This document shows, one piece after another, positions 12,250 to 25,260 of a stretch of DNA of 64,000 nucleotides. Source of the DNA: Anthoceros angustus. Its lineage: Eukaryota; Plantae; Anthocerotophyta. How positions within the stretch are numbered: the first letter of the stretch is position 1; every line of letters begins with the position of its first letter. The stretch spans positions 384,369 to 448,368 of the forward strand of contig MU008178.1 in NCBI GenBank assembly GCA_010909165.1, given 5' to 3'. The position numbers were made by a program, and so were the translations under genes. A model generated the notes under the pieces. The model made no database searches. It had not been told where the DNA came from and worked only from the letters and a program-made list of their open reading frames with translations.

Positions 12250-15200
12250 CCAAAGCTCACCGACCGCACCGGCTAGCGACCGACATGACAAGCCTGCGAG
12301 CCTCACGGGCCCGATCGCACCTTCGTGAGCTCTAACTTGAAGGCCTCCTGCATCTCCCACGGGGCGGCATTGGCGGTGCAAAACCAAAATCTTAAGGTGG
12401 GTTGAAGCCACAACAATGCAACAACGACCCACAAAACACACCCAGTTGAAGCACAACATTTGGCGGCCGTAAGTAGAGGCAAGTTCAATTCTTGTGGAAT
12501 GTCACCGTTGATTTGGTACTTACGCTCGTGAAGACGAGATGTGACGGGCTGCAAGGAACTCGTCTTACCAAGCGTAGTGGCCATGTTTTGTGACAATGTT
12601 GTCCTTGTCAGCGGTTGTCCGACCTCGGAAAGCGGAGAAAATGAAGCTAAGCAAGTCACCAAGGAAACTCATCGAGGGTATTCTGCTCAAACCGAATTTA
12701 CGTGATCCGTGCATCTTGTTTCGCTCCGAAGCTTTCTCGAGCTCATCGATGAAGGTTCACTAGTTCATATGAAGATACTACTGTTGGATACGCCGAACCC
12801 GATCTTGCGTGGCCATCTTTAACCTCCGGTGGTTGCTGCGGACCAAAGAAAGAAGAATTATATCACTCTCTTCCCCGAAATCATCAACGTTCTTGACTGG
12901 GAACTCCCTTGGAGGCTTGACTTTGCTCTTCTTCCTCTCCCATAGTCTCATCAAGGCTGGTGCAACAATCAGAAGATTGTTGAAAAGCTAGGTGGCCAAA
13001 GAAAGTTTGCGCCACCAAGCTTCAACACGTGGAGTCGGAGAGTTCTAATCTCGTGCACCTACAGATATGATCCAAAATGCGACAACATTACAAAACACAC
13101 ACCCAGTTGAAGCACAACATTTGGCGTAGTAGAGGCAAGTTCAATTCTTCAGGAATGTCACCGTTGATTTGGTACTTCGTGAAAGACGAGATGTATGTGC
13201 AAGGAACTCGTCTTACCAAGCACATAGTGGCCATGTTTTGTGACAATGTTGTCCTTGTCAAGCGGTTGTCCGACCTCACAGCGGAGAAAATGAAGCTAAG
13301 CAAGTCACCAAGGAAACTCATCGAGGGTATTCTTGCTCAAACCGAATTTACGTGATCCGTGCATCATTGTTGTTCATAAGCTTTCTCCGAGCTCATCGGT
13401 ATGAAGGTTCACTAGTTCATATGAAGATACTACTGTTGGATACGCTGAACCCGATCTTGCGGCCATCTTTAACCTCCGGTGGTTGCTGCGGACCAAAGAA
13501 AGAAGAATTATATCACTCTCTTCCCCGAAATCATCAACGTTCTTGACTGGGAACTCCCTTGGAGGCTTGACTTTGCTCTTCTTCCTCTCCCATAGTCTCA
13601 TCAAGGCTGGTGCAACAATCAAGATTGTTGAAAAGCTAGGTGGCCAAAGTTTCGCCACCAAGCTTCAACACGTGGAGTCGGAGAGTTCTAATCTCGTGCA
13701 CCTACAGATATGATCCAAAATGCGACAACATTACAAAACACACCCAGTTGAAGCACAACATTTGGCGTAGTAGAGGCAAGTTCAATTCTTCAGGAATGTC
13801 ACCGTTGATTTGGTACTTCGTGAAAGACGAGATGTATGTGCAAGGAACTCGTCTTACCAAGCACATAGTGGCCATGTTTTGTGACAATGTTGTCCTTGTC
13901 AAGCGGTTGTCCGACCTCACAGCGGAGAAAATGAAGCTAAGCAAGTCACCAAGGAAACTCATCGAGGGTATTCTTGCTCAAACCGAATTTACGTGATCCG
14001 TGCATCATTGTTGTTCATAAGCTTTCTCCGAGCTCATCGGTATGAAGGTTCACTAGTTCATATGAAGATACTACTGTTGGATACGCTGAACCCGATCTTG
14101 CGGCCATCTTTAACCTCCGGTGGTTGCTGCGGACCAAAGAAAGAAGAATTATATCACTCTCTTCCCCGAAATCATCAACGTTGCTGGAACTCCCTTGGAG
14201 GCTTGACTTTGCTCTTCTTCCTCTCCCATAGTCTCATCAAGGCTGGTGCAACAATCAAGATTGTTGAAAAGCTAGGTGGCCAAAGTTCTTTGGCCACCAA
14301 GCTTCAACTCGATGGTCGGGAGAGTTCTAATCTCGTGCACCTACAGACATTATCCAAAATGCAGACACATCTCCAAGCATTAGATAATGTATCAATCGTC
14401 ATTGCTGTACTTGGACCCCCAAATGCTCCGAGGTTTGAGGTTAGCAGTCTTGAAAGTTGCCCCACTATCAACAAACAGCAGATAGAGTTTGCCAAATTGC
14501 AGGCTTGGGTCGAACAGCCAACTCATTCCCCACAACTGCAACGTTCAGAACTTATAGTGGTTCAGAAAGAACGTCAATCTCTCTGCATTGAAGTGAGGGA
14601 TTAGATGGACAGCTCTGAGTATGTTTGAAGCATCTATCACCAGATAGCTTGGAACCCGAAGACGGCTGTTTCTATGCCGGGTGCTCTCCGAGCTTCGTTC
14701 AGATGCCCACACTAGTTCCTTGCATTGGACCAATCTATTCAATGCATTCTCAGGAACTTCTTGGTAAAGTCGCACAAAGCATAATTTTCGCTCCACAACC
14801 TCATCTTCCCCCAAGGCACTATTGCACACAAACATCAGTCTAAGCTGCCCGTACCAAGTTATTGGATCCGATCCACCGCCTCCAAAGCTCACCGACCGCA
14901 CTTAGCGACCGACTTCCACGACAAGCCTGCGAGCCTCACAGCCCGATCGCACCTTCGGCGAGCTCTAACTTGAAGGCCTCTGCATCTCCCACAGACGGCA
15001 TTGGCGGTAAAACCAAAATCTTAAGGTGGGTTGAAGCCACAACAATGCAAAGAACAGCCACAAAACACAATTGAAGCACAACATTTGGCAGTAAGTAGAG
15101 GCAAGTTCAATTCTTCAGGAATGTCACCGTTGATTTGGTACGCTCGTGAAAGACGAGATGCATAAGGAACTCGTCTTACCAAGCAAACAGTGGCTATGTT

Positions 15201-16150
15201 TTGTGACAATGTTGTCCTTGTCAGCTTTGTCCGACTGGAAAGCGGAGAAAATGAAGCTAAGCAAGTCACCAAGGAAACTCATCGAGGGTATTGCCGCTCA
15301 AACCGGAATTTACGTGATCCGTGCATCCGTTGTTTCGCTCCTGAAGCTCGAGCTCATCAAGATGAAGGTTCACTAGTTCATATGAAGATACTACTCATTG
15401 GATACGCAGAACCCGATCTTGCGGCCATCTTTAACCTCCGGTGGTTGCTGCGGACCAAAGAAAGAAGAATTATATCACTCTTCCCCGAAATCATCAACGT
15501 TCGACTGGGAACTCCTTGGAGGCTTGACTTTGCTCTTCTTCCTCTCCCATAGTCTCATCAAGGCTGGTGCAACAATCAGAAGATTGTTGAAAAGCTAGGT
15601 GGCCAAAGTTTGCCGCCACCAGCTTCAACACGTGGAGTCGGAGAGTTCTAATCTCGTGCACCTACTGATATGATCCAAAATGCAGACACATCTCCAAGCA
15701 TTAGACAATGTATCAATCGTCATTCTTTTGGACCCCCAAATGCTCCGAGGTTTGAGGTTAGTCTTGAAAGTTGCCCCACTATCAACAAGCATAGAGTTTG
15801 CCAAATTCCGGGCTTGGGTCCAAGCCAACTCATTCCCCACAACCGCAACGTCGTAACTTATAGTGGTTGGAAAGAACGTCAATCTCTGCATTGAAGTGAG
15901 GGATTAGATGGATACGAGTATGTTTGAAGCATCTATCACCGATAGCTTGGAACCCAAGACGGCGCTTTATGCCGGTGCTCCGAGATGCCCACACTAGTTC
16001 CTTGCATTGGACCAATCTATTCGATGCATTCTCGTGAACTTCTTGGTAAAGTCGCACAAAGCATAATTTTCGCTCCACAACCTCATCTTCCCCAAGGCAC
16101 TATTGCACACAAACATCAGTCTAAGCTGCCCGTACCAAGTTATTGGATCC
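12250..16150. repeat. Nested tandem array: about 640-bp units (13077, 13718) and about 1280-bp units (14841, 16121) that include the transposase 3' end
   Basis: Near-identical ORFs at 13077 and 13718 (HNIWRSRGKFNSSGMSPLIWYFVKDEMY...). CTAAGCTGCCCGTACCAAGTTATTGGATCCGATCC occurs at about 14841 and about 16123. Confidence 0.9.
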
Positions 16151-18487
16151 GATCCATGCCTCCATCGTAAAGCCACATCACTAAACCATGGCCTCGCCAA
16201 AGAAATCTTGTGTTGCACGCACATACATAGGCGGGATCCAAACCGATCACCCACTCCAGTATCGCCATGGCTTTCTTGACTACAATTTCAGTCACTTCAT
16301 CAAGCCCTTGGTCCCTTAGATACACATCTAAGGCATGTTGGAATTCGGCTCTCACCTCGGTGGCCATCTAAGAACTTCGACCTTGTTAGTCAATTGAGTA
16401 GAATCACTTGGGAGATAGAGTTTAGTCAATTGGAAGTGACACATCGATGTCTGCTAAACACATTCTTACCCGTCGGATGACTTCATCCAAAGCGGTGTCA
16501 TCCGACTCCTCTTCAACTTCAAACCCCTCTCTGGTGAGCTTGTCTTCTTAAAGCTATTAGTCGTTCTGGTGATGGACAAGTTGAGCGCAACATTTCTCCG
16601 ATTGGATGCTCTATAAGGGATCTTCATAAGAGCAATATGCATCTTCTCAAACATGTTGGTATTAAATTCCCATGCTAGTCCCGACCTTCTAATTGCATCA
16701 CTAAAATGTGACATCAAATGCACCTTGAGTATTCCAAACTCAGATTTACGCGTTACTCATATGCAACTTCAAAAATCCACCATCTACCATGAGTCTCCAC
16801 TTCTTGCGGCTTGCCTCTGTATGTGATGAACTCCGAAAGCAAGTTGTACCATGACAAAAACTTCACAAACACCTTAACTATCGTGTTGGGATACACACCA
16901 AGCATGCGAAGACAACAACTTGCATCAACGCTCTATGTTCAAATGCGCGAAATTAGCTGTGATGAGAAATACCCTCCTTTGTCATTACGGTAGTCCGAAC
17001 TCGGCATATCTGTGGTTTGCTGCAATGAATTGTAATCGTCGATCCATTTCTTTCAATGGCTTTCTACTCAGGCAAATGTTGCTCGAAGCAGGTTCCTCAG
17101 CCATTTCCAAAAGGATTCCTACCATGCGCTTGAAAAGACCCTGCTCACTTTGATGTAAAAGATCTGGGTGGATAGAAAGGTATGGATTTCCCAACTCTGT
17201 CAATCCGCCATTGAATCCCCAAAGAGCACACTCCACGCATATAATGACCAACGTTCGAGGTGATCGATTCTCCTGCATTTGGTTGCATTCGTATCTCATA
17301 ACCGCTTCATATGCATCTCTCGTCGCGGACTCGGCGGACTTGCACCATGCTCGTTCTGTTTCTTCACAAGACAAATCTGCAGGCCTTTGACACTTGTTAG
17401 AACCATATGTGCAAGTAACCTTGCAGCCCTCCAAACTATCACAAATATATAAGTATATCATTGGAAATACCCATTGCTTGTCTCCCAAGGGATCATCCAT
17501 TTCCAATCTGTATAGGAAGCATCTTTTACGGTTTGAGAATGATCTCCAAGCAACGTTGAAAGGCCTTTAACTTCCTCCTTGCACTTTGCCCCGAACTTGT
17601 ATGTATCTCGGATGGTATGATTGGTAAGAGGGCTAGAAGAGCATGCCCTTCCTCGGCCTCGCTCACATTTGATATTGCCGAGACTCATCATCAAAGGATG
17701 ACCCTGAACAGTCCTGTCATTGGATAAACTAGTCTGATCAGAATATAAAATCAGTCCTGCCACAACTCCACCTTCACACTTGCTATCAACTAGACTCTAT
17801 ATGGATTTCCACCACTTCCCGGTATCTGGTGTGGTGTAAGTCTCGCTAGCTTCAATTTGAGTCCGCCGTATAAAACCTTCCCTATTGGCTGAAGCCCCAA
17901 ATAGTTCCCTCAATACTTCACTCGAATCTCGATATCGCAATGTGAGTGTATTGTCTCCGGGTTCATTCACTAAAACCTCATGCCATCCATCCTGTGAGCC
18001 TGCCAAAGAAGCCTCATACTTTCTCGCATCTGTAGCACTTCGCACCTGAAGGTCCTCCAGCTTGAACGAAGGATGAGACAAAAGACTTGAACCAAGCAGA
18101 GCATTTATATCTCGATTAGACAACCCTGCACCATTTCTACAATTGCGTAAGAAATGTACCATACTCAGTGTGGCATCAAATGGTTTCACAAGAGAAGAAG
18201 TGGTATCCACTATTCTTTCGGATGTGAGACTCACTCCTAAACTTTCGTCTCGGTTATTGCCTTTCGTCCACATGCTCCCGATGCCTATCATACTCCGCTT
18301 GCACATATTGCATACCTTGCTCATTCATAGCAACTATATGTCCCCATATCCGGTTTCATGTGGTATTGATTCTAACCGGAGTCTTTGCATGCCTTGTCTT
18401 ACACCTAGCACTTTGAAGTTGATGAGACCGTAGAGCTCCTAAATTAGAGAAGTTCACAGCCCCACATCTCTCACAATCCAAACCCAT
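15850..18487 (-). mobile_element. Plavaka-type transposase (N-terminal C2H2 finger, RNase H-like core, C-terminal beta domain), frameshifted
   Basis: MGLDCERCGAVNFSNLGALRSHQ; LILYSDQTSLSNDRTVQGHPLMMSLGNI; HPDLLHQSEQGLFKRMV; HLMSHFSDAIRRSGLAWEFNTNMFEKMHIALMKIPYRASNRRN; WYGQLRLMF...CFVRLY...IDASNILRAVHLIPHF. Confidence 0.85.
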
Positions 18488-18523
18488 AGGACCACTTGGA
18501 TCACCGCAAATTAAAGTATATAA

Positions 18524-18826
18524 TGAAGCAGGAACCGAGCCCACAGCAGAAGCCGAGCCCACAGCAGAAAAGCTAGAAGTATATATATGTGAAGATCATA
18601 ATGAAGCAGAAACCGAGCCCACAACAGAAGCCGAGCCCACAGCAGAAAAGCTAGAAGCTGAGTGACGGGAGAAGCTCAGCCAGTCTGGGCACTTCCACTC
18701 CGAGGTTTCAACGGGTTGAGTTTTGGGCACTTCTAGGTTTCAACGGGTTGAGTTTTGAGCACTTCCAGTTTCAGGTTTCAATGGGTTGAGTTTCAGGCAC
18801 TTCCAATTTCAGGTTTCAACGGATTG
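18524..18826. repeat. Short tandem repeats in the transposase leader (about 78-bp x2; about 32-38-bp x4)
   Basis: GAAGCCGAGCCCACAGCAGAAAAGCTAGAAG x2; ACTTC...GGTTTCAA(C/T)GGGTTGAGTTT..GC x4. Confidence 0.85.
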
Positions 18827-19329
18827 CTAAAATTTAGGGTGTGACATATTGCAACCGGACAGATTGCAACTCGGGCAAGGCCATAGCTGCAGCTTGCGGA
18901 GGTCGGAATGCACAGGCTCGGCTTGGGTATGCTCGGGAATGTTTGATCCGCAAGCAATAGCCGGCTTGCGAGGTCGAATGCCAAAGCCGATCCTATCTTG
19001 GATCCTATTACAAGGATCGGAAGCCATAATATTACATAGGATCGGCTTGCGAGGTCGAATGCCGAGTTGGCGGCTATGGCGGCGACCTCTTCCTCCTCCT
19101 CTTCCCCGCCGCTTTGGTTGCCCCGCCTGAGAGCCTCGAGTCCCGCCGCCGAGCTTCACGCGCCTCCTCCGGATCTGCGGCTTCGGGCTCCTACTTCTTG
19201 AACGCCGGCGAACATGAAGCGGGAAATCGAGGCGCCATCTGGCTTGCGCATCATGAGCGATCGGCAACCGCAAAGCACGAGAACCATCGATCCGAATCCC
19301 TTGAGGCGTGGGAATGCAGTGAGCGGCGT

Positions 19330-20520
19330 GGAGGCACACTCAAGGGTTGAAGCACAATCCATACTGGAAAACCGAGCTTATGCGGGTTCGAGGATTCGGA
19401 CGGCAGGCGTGCATTGCACTCGCCGCTGCCCCACGACCGGTTGCAAAGTTGGAGTATCCGGATATGCGGGCAATTGGTGTGGAAGGCTTGGCTCATATCT
19501 CCGCACCTTGCGAGACAAGAGCCGCTCACTACTCGACAAGTTGTATCTTGACGACAACGATATGATAGGGAACGCGGCTGACGTTGCCGCCATCCTCACC
19601 CACTCGCCCGCCTGCGAACCTTGGGACTGCTTTGGGATAGGCATGGACCATGAGGCTGGCCGACGGTGGCGTGGCGCTCACCACCACGCTCGGCAGCTTG
19701 ATATCGGATATGACCGGCACAAGAATCCCGAGCGGCTATGTTGATTCCTATCTTGCGTGCCTTGAGCCCCGTGGTGTGCCCTCCTCGAGCTGGTCGGAGT
19801 TGTAGTCTCACGGTCTCACATGTGCTATCTGCTTAACCAATCCATCACCCGCTTATGGCTTGAAGTATCCGGGTTGCGGAGGTGAGGATGGCGACTGTGG
19901 AGGGTAGGCTCAAGAAGCGGTGGCTGGAATGCTACTCCAACACCACCTTGAAGCTCCTGCGTGGCGGCTATTTTGTGACGCTGCTTGTCCGCGCTGCAGC
20001 AGATCACGCACCTTATCGGAGCACGGCCATTCCTGGATGAGGAGGAGCTGGATCCTGTCGATGCCTATCTTGCACAAGTGCGTGAAGCTTGAATCTGCAG
20101 TTCGTGTTTTGAAACCCTACGGCGTAGCAACTTCACCGAGGAGTTGTTCCAGGGGTTGAAGCACAACAAGCCTTGCATCAAGAAGCGGTGTTGAATAGGG
20201 ATGGGCGGACGACCACATGTTTCAAGAGTCGATCCAATCTCTGCCCACCAACACCAAGCCGAGCACATCTCCATCAAGGGCACCTCGTGGGAAAAGCATG
20301 GCAAAGGCGAACTTTTGGCCAAGAGGTTGAGGGATACAAGAGTGAAGCCGGGCGCTATTGCGGACACTGAGTCCGACTCGCCAGCGCAGCAACTCCTCGT
20401 GGATTTGTGGGGAGCTACTTTGCGGGATTTGTACATGTAAGGTGGAAGGAACTGTCTTAGTTCACTTCCTTGCATTGGGTTACCGCCGTGAGCTCGAACT
20501 ACATATGCTAGATTGTTTCA
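19330..20520 (+). pseudogene. RNI-like leucine-rich-repeat gene fragment (TORNADO1/NLRC3-like), heavily frameshifted
   Basis: AIGVEGLAHIS, LLDKLYLDDNDMIGNAADVAAILTHSP, SNFTEELFQGLKHNK, LWGATLRDLY. Confidence 0.5.
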
Positions 20521-20714
20521 CGACGGTGGTTGGTTTGCAATGTCGAATCATAACCTAGGGATGCATTCCACTCCGGACTACGTGGTGGGATCCATGGGGA
20601 CCGAGTTCAAGGAGGTCATTGCAATCGTGTGAGCTGACTTGCTCCTTTGAAGACCGCCTTTTAACAAATCTTAGGATGAGCGTCTAACTCGCTTCCTTCT
20701 CTCTGGTGGCTTTG

Positions 20715-21060
20715 GTGAAGGAGATCTACACTCTGGACGAATAACCATGTGGAGGATGATGACAACATGTTCAGATTTGATTATTCCGTGGATTTTCTGC
20801 GCCGTGCGCTGAGACCTCCTGGTTACTTCACCAACTGGCACATAGGGGTTAGGGCCAAGGGCTCTAAGAAGCTAGTTGCGTTTATCACAGGCATTCCGGC
20901 TCATATCCGGAATTGAAGGCAGCTTATTCCTATTACAATGTTGCCGCAGTCACCCCGCTTCTACAACTCATGAATGATGCTCTGATCATGGCATAACGAC
21001 TCGACTATGACGTTTTCAATGCCCTTGACATATGCACAATGACACGTTCTTGAAGGACAA
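20715..21060 (+). pseudogene. NMT1: N-myristoyltransferase fragment with a large internal deletion
   Basis: [57 protein letters not shown] (20740-20910) abuts [48 protein letters not shown]. These are the N-terminal and C-terminal NMT blocks with the middle missing. Confidence 0.9.
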
Positions 21061-21666
21061 TGCAACAATCCTCAGAAGATATTTGCCGAGCTCACAACTT
21101 CAAGCTCCGCAAGCCTCGTGCTTGCTGCTATTTCCACCAAGATTCATTAGCATATATGAAAGTCAATCGCTCTTAAAAATGTGCACCGATTCTATGTCCG
21201 AAATGTTACAAGGATTCAGCCCTATAATCAAGTGCGAGAATGTCAGCGAGCAACTCTGTAATCAGTGCGAGAATGTCGTGTATGTGGGCTGAATCGAGAA
21301 TGTCGGAGCGCCCTGCCTTTACACGCCGGGCTGGCTGAAACCGAATCCTCTATTTTGCTCTTTCAAAGGTTCGCCTATCGGACTCGGCTCGGAGCGGCCG
21401 GAGCGGAGTTCACGAGCGGGAGTGCGTCAGAGCGGGAGTGCGCTGGAGCGGGAGTGCGCCGAGCGGAGTGCGCCGAGCGGAGGCGGGAGTCTGTGGGGAG
21501 GCGGAATTGCGTGTGCACCGTGTGGTCGGCCTTGAGTCGATCTGATCGGGGAAGGTTTACCAACGTGCCAGATCTCGAGGTCAGTGCAGAGCATTTACTG
21601 AAGTTATAGTAATGTTGAATGCTCCTTTTGCCTCCTTTTGTTTTGATTTGGTTTGTTGTTGTGCAG

Positions 21667-23391
21667 ATGCCAAGGCTTACAAGAAAACGGCAACAGCAGT
21701 CCAGTCCAGCCCGGACTCGAAGCCGTCAGTTTGAGACAAGAAGAAGTTCTGCATCAAGAAAGGAACAAGTTGAAGATGTTGATGTTGAGACTTCAAGTTC
21801 ACCCGAGGGACCGCTTAGAGGAAGACCACTGCTTTCCAAATCAAGGCCGCCTTCTTCCTTGCTCTCCTTGGCCAAACGCCATTTATTCGTAGAGTCTTGT
21901 GCGGAGGAGATTCTCCACTCCGGTCGCACAAGAAGCCATCTTGTTGAGCATCGGATGCACCCAGACGCAAGAATGTGAATCTGCTATTGCACAACAGAGA
22001 CTGCTCCGCCATTGCACAATGAGATATGCTACTACCATTGCACAACAAAGGCCTATTATTGCACAACAGAGACTTGCAAGCTCCGATCAGCGACGTGTAA
22101 GTGCAACAACAATTTCAACTAGCGGTATCATTGAACGGCAGATCTCTGGAAGTGTGATAGCTACTCAGCAATCTCCAATTGCTGATATCAGACCTCAAGC
22201 GACAAGTGCTGGTGATGGACAAACACAGCTCTCTCCAATTGCTCGTAGTAGACATCACGTGGCAAGTGCTGGCGGTGTACAAGCGCAAGGGTCACCAATT
22301 GCTGGTAGTAGACCCCTGTGGCAAGCGCCGATGCTGGACAACTGCAACGGTCTCCAACTGCCGGTACAGGACCGGGTCTTCGAACGGTAAGTCCTGGAGC
22401 CAGACGACGAAGATCTGTTCAAGCTCAACCTGAACAAGGGTTGAGTGAAGAAGAGCCAAATGCGTTCACAAGGTCACACTACGAGCATCTCAAAAGACAA
22501 GCTTCAGAGCACAAAGAGACAATTTATGTGCTGCAAAAGTCAAATATACATGCCCTGTCACAACTAGAGAAGAAGCCTGACTGTTGCAACCCGGCTATTG
22601 TTGCCAATCAACTGAAGACTATTGTCACTGAGTTGCTCTTGGGAATGGGTCCATATTCTACTATGTTCCCTTCGATAAAATGGTGCAAGATTTTTACTCG
22701 TGTCTATGGATGTGGATTTATCGACGAGTCCCTATTACGTAAGTTTTATAAAGCGTGGGGTCCAACAGGGGAGAACGGGGGCCTGAAGAAGATGGTTTTT
22801 ACAAACATACGTGATCGGAGAGGGAGCTATACTAAGGTATTTATTGAATTTCAAGTTCAGCTTTCCTAATCTTCGTTTCTTTTGCGACCTAAAGTTGTAT
22901 CAATTCTTGCAGGTTGCTAGAGCTCATTTGTATGAGCTCCTAGGCTTACCAAAGCCCAGGATTGGATGTCACGCAGAGGAACTGGAGTCTTGGTTTGAAA
23001 ATTTACAAGTCTGGAAACTTGGGAATAAATGGCGTATTCAAGAGTTTGCAAATGGCAGCATCTTAGACCCATGGGGCTCAAATCAGGCAGAGCTCATCCA
23101 AAGTCTTTATGGGCGCAAGGTATAATGCCCAGGAGCCTATTACAATTACTTTGGAGCAAGCTGGGTTCTTCCTATACGTGGTAAGTGAAACAACCATGAA
23201 TTAATTTCATATACTATATCTAATTATATAGTTCTGACTAAGTACTTAAACTCTTGCAGCTGGAATATGCAATGGATGGAAAAGTAATGGAAGCTCCTAG
23301 GATGCATGAGCATCTCTTGGGCATGAAGAACATGGAAACTAGGATTATTGGAGCACGGGCCCGAATGAGAAGGATCGAAGTCCTCATTTAG
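21667..23391 (+). CDS. Uncharacterised spliced ORF inside the Plavaka element (putative TnpA-like accessory protein), frameshifted
   Basis: ATG at 21667, low-complexity N-terminus, then EHLKRQASEHKETIYVLQK...KMVFTNIRDRRGSYTK. GT..AG introns near 22835-22911 and 23181-23260; final exon LEYAMDGKVMEAPRMHEHLLG ends TAG 23389-23391. Confidence 0.5.
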
Positions 23392-24299
23392 TTTTCACCT
23401 CATTTAGTTCTTAGTGGTTTAGGAGATTTTTGAGGATGCTTGTTTGTAACTATGTCATAGTTACAAAAACGCGGATCCTTACATTCTCTTGCTACTTATG
23501 GCTGTCCTTTCCTCATTTTGTGGTCTTCTTTGCGGAGAAGATTGCTAGGTTTTATATTAGCACTGGGTGTTTCTTATTAGGCATTTGAGGTGGAGTACAC
23601 TTTTATTCCTTTATGCATATAGATTTCTCTAATATTTTTCAAACATATTTTTGATATAATAATATGGTATAAATAAGTAATATTTTAATATCTAATTAAT
23701 TTATTTATTTAATATTCTGTTTTAATAATATAGTATCTAATGAATATATTAAAATTATTTATTTTATAGAAAAATTATTGAATAAGAATATACACTACAT
23801 TGAAATGTATATAACTTCAATAACTCATCATTATACAAATAATGTACTTTCATAAGGGACTACGTGTAGTCTCCCAACGCCTTTGAACCTAGATGTACTC
23901 CATATATATTCTTGTAGATTATAAATATGTATGTATAATTTATAAAATGAATGTATTCACCATGAAGAATCGATAGTAATAGATACTACATTTTCTACAT
24001 ATGCTTTCTATACAAGCTACTTTGATTCAACATGAATTTTTTCTTAAAACATGAATATGTCATGTACTTTCTACATGTAAACTATGTGATCCTCCTAAAT
24101 GTTTGAAACTACATAGAATTTACATATTTTAAGCATTTTAAAATATTATAAATTAAATAAAAATAAACATTGAAACCACAAAGCAAGCATAGGAGTTGAT
24201 AATGAATGAACTTAATGTATAATCCACATAACAAAATGGTACCATAGTTTTCAAGTTGATAAGATGTGAAAACTTTGCCCAAAGTCAATCAATCATCTC

Positions 24300-24610
24300 A
24301 TGCATTTTCAACATGTAACCATGCGAACCTCCGAATCGGAATCCACACAAAAACCCTAAAGGGCTGGATTCCGTGCATTTTCACAGAATTTATGTGAACC
24401 TCAAACTGTCACAATCCACATGAAAACCCTTGGGAGCGATCTTATGTGTTTTCAATGTAGAATTAAATGTGAATTTCCAAATTATCAATCCATATAAAAA
24501 CTCTAAGGGGTGGATCGTGTACATTTTCAACGTAGAATTAGTATGAATTTCCGAACTTCCAAAATCCACATGGAAACCTTAGAAGCGAATTTCAAGGTTG
24601 ATTAAACATG
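24300..24610. repeat. Subterminal repeats of about 75-90 bp near the right terminus of the Plavaka element
   Basis: Repeated ATCCAC...AAACC...GGAT...TTTTCA..GTAGAATTA.TGTGAA units at about 24340, 24414, 24487 and 24563. Confidence 0.75.
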
Positions 24611-24726
24611 GAACTTGGTCAAAATTATCAAACATTTAGCATATTTTCAACATAGAATGCACGCATTTTCAAGTGATGGATTCCGTATGGAAATCGTCTT
24701 TGAATCTAGGGGGTAAAATTTGTGAT

Positions 24727-25260
24727 GCATACGAGAGCTGGTTTATGGAGATCATTGGCACTTTTGGCGTCAGTGAGAATCATCGTGTGACGGCGGAGGC
24801 GGGCCTTGACTTGGACTTCCTTAGCACAGATGCGAGGAGCATCTTCAACATCGGCTTGGACTCCCTGCAGGTCCTCTTCATCAATGTCAGTCATCACACC
24901 ATGTCTCGTCGGAAGAGAAGACGGCCGAGACCTCCGATCGGCAACCCGGCAAATTCTCATCTTCCATCCATTTCAGAGCTCCTAGAAGGCGACGAGAGCG
25001 ACAATCTCTTCTCACGAAGAGGAGATGGGTACCATCTGTTTGGAGTTCTAGTGGGAGGATCCAGCTCATCTCCCCATTTGGTCTCCTCCCACGTTTGGGC
25101 AGCAGCGGCTTCGACTTCATCGGCACTCGGCACCCACACATTGCCGTTGGCCAGGTACCAAGTACGTTGAGTTTCCAAATCGGCAGGAGCTTCGCCCTCG
25201 ACGGGGACTTCACCGATTGCCATCTCCGGATTACCATCTACAAATCAGCAAAAGCCCATA
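24727..25260 (-). pseudogene. Uncharacterised ORF remnant divergent from the ParB-MTase gene, cut by the Plavaka insertion
   Basis: ORFs 24957-25223 and 24706-24960 (-) look like one frameshifted reading (WYLANGNVWVPSADEV...DIDEEDLQGVQADVEDAPRICAKEV). No family recognised. Confidence 0.35.

Larger units (their letters stand above)
8911..24724 (-). mobile_element. Composite CMC/CACTA-like (Plavaka) DNA transposon, about 15.8 kb, with captured gene fragments
   Basis: Left end CACAAAATTTTATCCCC (8911-8927); right end reverse complement CACAAATTTTACCCCC (24709-24724); AT on both flanks (8909-8910, 24725-24726). GTGGAT subterminal motifs on the left (8948, 9232, 9471) and ATCCAC on the right (24222, 24341, 24414, 24564). 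Internal Plavaka transposase. Confidence 0.7.

Noticed and set aside
13077-13660. SSB/OB-fold (OSB N-terminus) or ankyrin assignment for the 640-bp repeat unit
   Set aside because: Only weak, mutually incompatible resemblances on both strands (FLGDLL/EELNL on minus; FVKDEMYVQGTRL and LIKAGA on plus). Not supportable without a profile search.
18690-18826. 32-38 bp direct repeats that superficially resemble a CRISPR array
   Set aside because: Repeats are head-to-tail without unique spacers, there are no cas genes, and the context is a eukaryotic transposon leader.
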